From Octopus bimaculoides (taxonomy: Eukaryota): a DNA stretch of 64,000 bases. This document shows positions 62,778 to 64,000 of this stretch, one piece after another (the first letter of the stretch is position 1; each line of letters opens with the position of its first letter). Location of the stretch: contig NC_068982.1 in the NCBI RefSeq assembly GCF_001194135.2, positions 161,976,383-162,040,382 of the forward strand, given 5' to 3'. A program made the position numbers and the translations under genes. The notes below the pieces were generated by a model. It saw only the letters and a list, made by a program, of their open reading frames with translations. It ran no database searches and was not told where the DNA came from.

Positions 62778-64000
62778 CATAAGCAATTATAGAGTGAATT
62801 TTTGGGCCTATAAACCTAATATTTTATCTTTTCTTAATAGTATTCCATGTATATATCAAAGTATTCCATGTATATATATTGGCTATTACTTGTGCTATCC
62901 CTCCTTTATTGTATGTGTAAATATTAGCAAGTGATGGAGAAAATGGGGCATAAGAGAGATAGGTAAGAGAGTGTCATGAAGCCATATGGAGAGTGGTCAG
63001 TGAAAGAGATAAATGGAAGGGTGTTGAGATAGCAAAGTAGCTCTAATGGGAAAGTTTCAGGAGACAGAGTGACAGGATGAGTGCAACAAGAGCATTCCAA
63101 CTACCATTACTAGGGCAAACTTTGGGAACCTTTATGGTGTTGTCCAATATGTTTATTAAAGTCAACAGCTGCAATGAGATCACTGGTTTTGCCATTTGGG
63201 TATCATTCTATCTATATGGTATTTCTGCCACTAATGCAATAAGTGTCAAGTTAAGAAAGGTGCCCATACTTTTTTGTATTTAAAAAGGAAGTTTATGCTA
63301 GATGTAATCCTAGATATACTGTGTCTGGCAAAAAAAAAAAGACAGGTGAACATGTTTGAAATATCTTTGAAAATAGGTCTTCTCAATCAGGGCTAACCTG
63401 GCACTAAGCAACAAGCATTGTCGTTACTGTATTGAGATGACCACAAGCAATAATTAAAAATCATTGTTTAAATCATATATCTACTCATACTCCACTAATA
63501 TAGTTTCTTTTGGAAAGTTTCAGATCTGTACTTAATTTTATTTTGTAATAAACATCAGCCATAGCTATTCATAGAGAATTCCTCTGGGTATTCTGAATTA
63601 TTAAATCTGCTATTAGGACTATAAAAAATCAAACTTTTAATATGATCAAGGTTCAGTAACTCTATGTGAGGTAGGTGTTAGTACAACTCTATTCCGAAAA
63701 TAATGAAACAATGAGTGCTTGATGGAAGTGCTATCAGTTGAGTTACCAGAAAATGGGGACCTGAGAAATGAGGAACTGTTGAGTCAGATCTTGGGAAGTT
63801 GTTTTTCATAGAAGAGATAGGACAAAAATGACAATATATGCCAAATTTCAGAGAAATGGATGTTAAAACAATGATGTTCTGATGTATCATTAAGTGCTTC
63901 AGAAAGCATTCACAGATACCCTGACTTTGAAAATGATGACAGAATTACTTGACAGAATAAAGGTAGTTTAAAGCATTGAAACATAGTTAGTGAAGGAGAG

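Noticed and set aside
62312-64000. Next Trio exon (end of DH1 or start of PH1)
   Set aside because: No matching frame found; it presumably lies beyond the window

Overview
AT-rich, microsatellite-laden animal genomic DNA. The repeat families (tRNA-derived SINEs with (ATT)n tails, RTE-BovB-like LINEs with (TGA)n tails) point to an octopus, which is an inference. The window lies inside one + strand gene, the Trio/UNC-73 RhoGEF orthologue. I traced 16 GT-AG exons (38495-62311, 2033 nt, about 677 codons, phases fully consistent) encoding the C-terminal spectrin repeats and most of the first DH (GEF1) domain. The gene continues beyond both ends, and bases 1-38494 appear to be one very large intron. 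The introns hold decayed RTE, Dong/R4, Penelope and other non-LTR fragments, several SINE families, a full-length dead mariner, hAT-, piggyBac- and Tc1/mariner-type MITEs, a 33-bp minisatellite, tandem duplications and four N gaps. Nearly all ORFs in the supplied track are spurious, TE fragments or exon read-throughs. I found no prokaryote-type system. The best leads are RNA-structure features: a fold-back 5' end on an RTE LINE, close inverted retroelement pairs (likely ADAR substrates), candidate A-to-I-related codons in the DH domain, a tRNA-headed SINE with a Penelope-like tail, and an unclassified element with 87-bp inverted ends.
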